Source: Felis catus (Eukaryota). From it: a stretch of DNA of 64,000 nt. How positions within the stretch are numbered: position 1 is the first letter of the stretch; the number at the start of each line of letters is the position of its first letter. Both the position numbers and the translations under genes were made by a program. The DNA lies in NCBI RefSeq assembly GCF_018350175.1, contig NC_058368.1, positions 58,406,001 through 58,470,000 on the forward strand. Reading direction: 5' to 3'. The notes below the pieces were generated by a model that was not told where the DNA came from, did not search any database, and saw only the letters and a list, made by a program, of their open reading frames with translations. Below are positions 61,983 to 64,000 of the stretch, piece after piece.

Positions 61983-63079
61983 TATGTGTTATTTACATAT
62001 GTATTATTTCTGTAATTATTAGATGTCACATTAAAATATTAATACTTTCTAAAAATGATACTTATTTAGTAATGGCAAAAAGGTTTCAATAAGTATTAAT
62101 TTTTCAAAATTACATATTTAAATAAAAGAAGAAAACTGTCTTTCTTCTTTGTCCTCCATGAAATAATTTAGTTATATGATGAAAGCTAACTCTCATTAGG
62201 CTTAATTCTATTATGTGATTCTTAGAAAAGTCTAAGGAGACTTAGCATATTTTATAATTATTTCATTTGGCTTTTAGACCTGGTTTTGACTTTGTGATTT
62301 GAGACTAGTGCCTTTTCTATATTCTATTGTTTTGATATAAATGGATCATAAAATGTGTGATGGAAAATAGCTGATATGGTTATATTTCTGCCCAACTGAA
62401 ACTTTGCTTTAATATAGTTTTATCTCCTGATTAATGTTCTGTCAAAAAGGAAGTCACATTGTTTGAGATTTCTCTGCTTAATAACATGAATCATGTTCCT
62501 AATAAATATAAACTTTAAAAATAATATTTATTTGTTATACCCAGTTAGGTGAGGGACACTAAAATATTTAACTATAACAATTTTTTTCTATTTAATACAA
62601 GGCTAACTTGAACTAAACATGTGATGATAATAATAGTTGATAGAAGGATATAAATAGTATAATTTGCCTGCCCAGTGACTTGGATGCCTTTGTTTCAAAA
62701 ATAGTATTTATTTAAAAACATAAACATTGTCTAAAAGCCTCCTTGTTTCCAGTATTGTGTTTTCAGAGATTTTTTTAAGTTAACCTAAAACACTGTATAT
62801 TAGTTTTGATTTCAAGATTATACTTAATTTGATTTTTTCTACACATACAAGATAATTATAGCTTCTAGTAAGACTGTGTTATATACTATTTTTAGGAAGG
62901 AGATGGGAAAACAGAGGGAAAAAGCTGTCATTATCATGCTCATGAGTAAGAAATTGTTTCTTCTATAACTATATTCTAGTCTATTTATTCCTGGAAAACA
63001 TTTTTAAAATAATATTTATTCATGGACATTGTTGTGAATTTGGAAAATGTCTGGGTAACATTTTGATTTGAACTGGGAA

Positions 63080-63535
63080 ACTGACATAATCAAAAAGCCC
63101 CTGACCTTTTAATATCCCTACTTCAATGTGTTTCTACTGCTTTAGGATAAATGGTAATTAACCAAAGCTCAGAATATTCCAGCACTCACCAATCTCACCA
63201 TCCTAGCTCTAGGTAATTCCATGTTTGACACTTCAGTCATATTGTTTATCAATTGCTGATTACTTGCAATTTTTCACACTTTCCCTCTCAGATGCTCATA
63301 TAGCCTGATTATTTTGTTTAACCACCATTCTGCCAAATCACCTATATCCAGCTTATCCTAAGATATTTTAGAGTCTTCATTGGGTTTCATACTTCAAATA
63401 ATTCCACCTATGCAGATAAGATCATGTCTACCAAGTATATATTCTCACCATTCTGAGCTTATCCAATTTATGTTTTATAGCAACATATTTAAATAGAAAC
63501 AGAGTATTTGTTTTTCTAATGTCAATCTTCCACAC
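63080..63535 (+). mobile_element. L2 fragment
   Basis: ttcaatgtgtttctactgctttaggataaa...accaaagctc. Confidence 0.4.
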
Positions 63536-63536
63536 T

Positions 63537-63785
63537 ATGGTAAGCAAAATTTTATTTCTAAGACTCTAAAATGGCCCAACATTCCTCATCCTATTTTTCC
63601 AGTTAGGTTACATGATATGATTCAGTTGACCTTCACATGGATAGATTATATAGGTGGGCCAAACCTAATCATATGAGCCCTTTAAAAAGGGGAGAGTTTT
63701 CTCCAACTGGTGGCAGAAAGGGAAATCAGAGATAATTGGAGTGTGAGAGGGATTTGAAGCAGGGGGAGTTCTTTACTGATGAATT
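63537..63785 (+). mobile_element. MLT1E-like MaLR LTR, 5' part
   Basis: ggtgggccaaacctaatcatatgagccctttaaaa...agagttttctccaactggtggcagaa...aatcagagat. Confidence 0.7.
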
Positions 63786-64000
63786 TGAATTTTTTTTTAA
63801 TTATCAAGACAAGATAAAATATCACAAACATACTATGAATTTGGATTTCAAAATAATTACTCTAAATGGTTCACTAATTCTGCTTATATGAGAAAAGATT
63901 TATTGCTAAACATGCACTTACTGAGCATAAAGTATTTACAGTATCATAGATAAGTCATAAAATATAAAATATTTATGTGTTAATGTTTACATAATTTAAT

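Overview
AT-rich, non-coding mammalian genomic DNA from a carnivore, almost certainly a felid, judged from SINEC_Fc-type CAN-SINEs and felid-type L1. I recognise no host protein-coding exon, RNA gene, CRISPR array or prokaryotic feature, so the window looks like a large intron or gene desert. It is dominated by interspersed repeats: about 19 CAN-SINEs (many with exact target-site duplications), one full-length but inactivated ~7.3 kb LINE-1 on the minus strand (43268-50556), several truncated L1s, solo LTRs (MLT1, MLT2, MER21-like, MER4-group), DNA transposon fossils (Tigger1-derived MITE, MER58A, Charlie1, MER5A), old L2/MIR/HAL1 fragments and microsatellites. Most ORF-track entries derive from repeats or chance. 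The most interesting signal is in the full-length L1 5'UTR: a CpG-retaining CTCF + NRF1 + YY1-like motif cluster, followed by a strong-Kozak antisense ORF, resembling an antisense promoter/ORF0-like unit. This is a hypothesis, and no novel system can be established from the sequence alone. Repeat family names come from recalled consensus similarity rather than a database search, and boundaries of old repeats are approximate.
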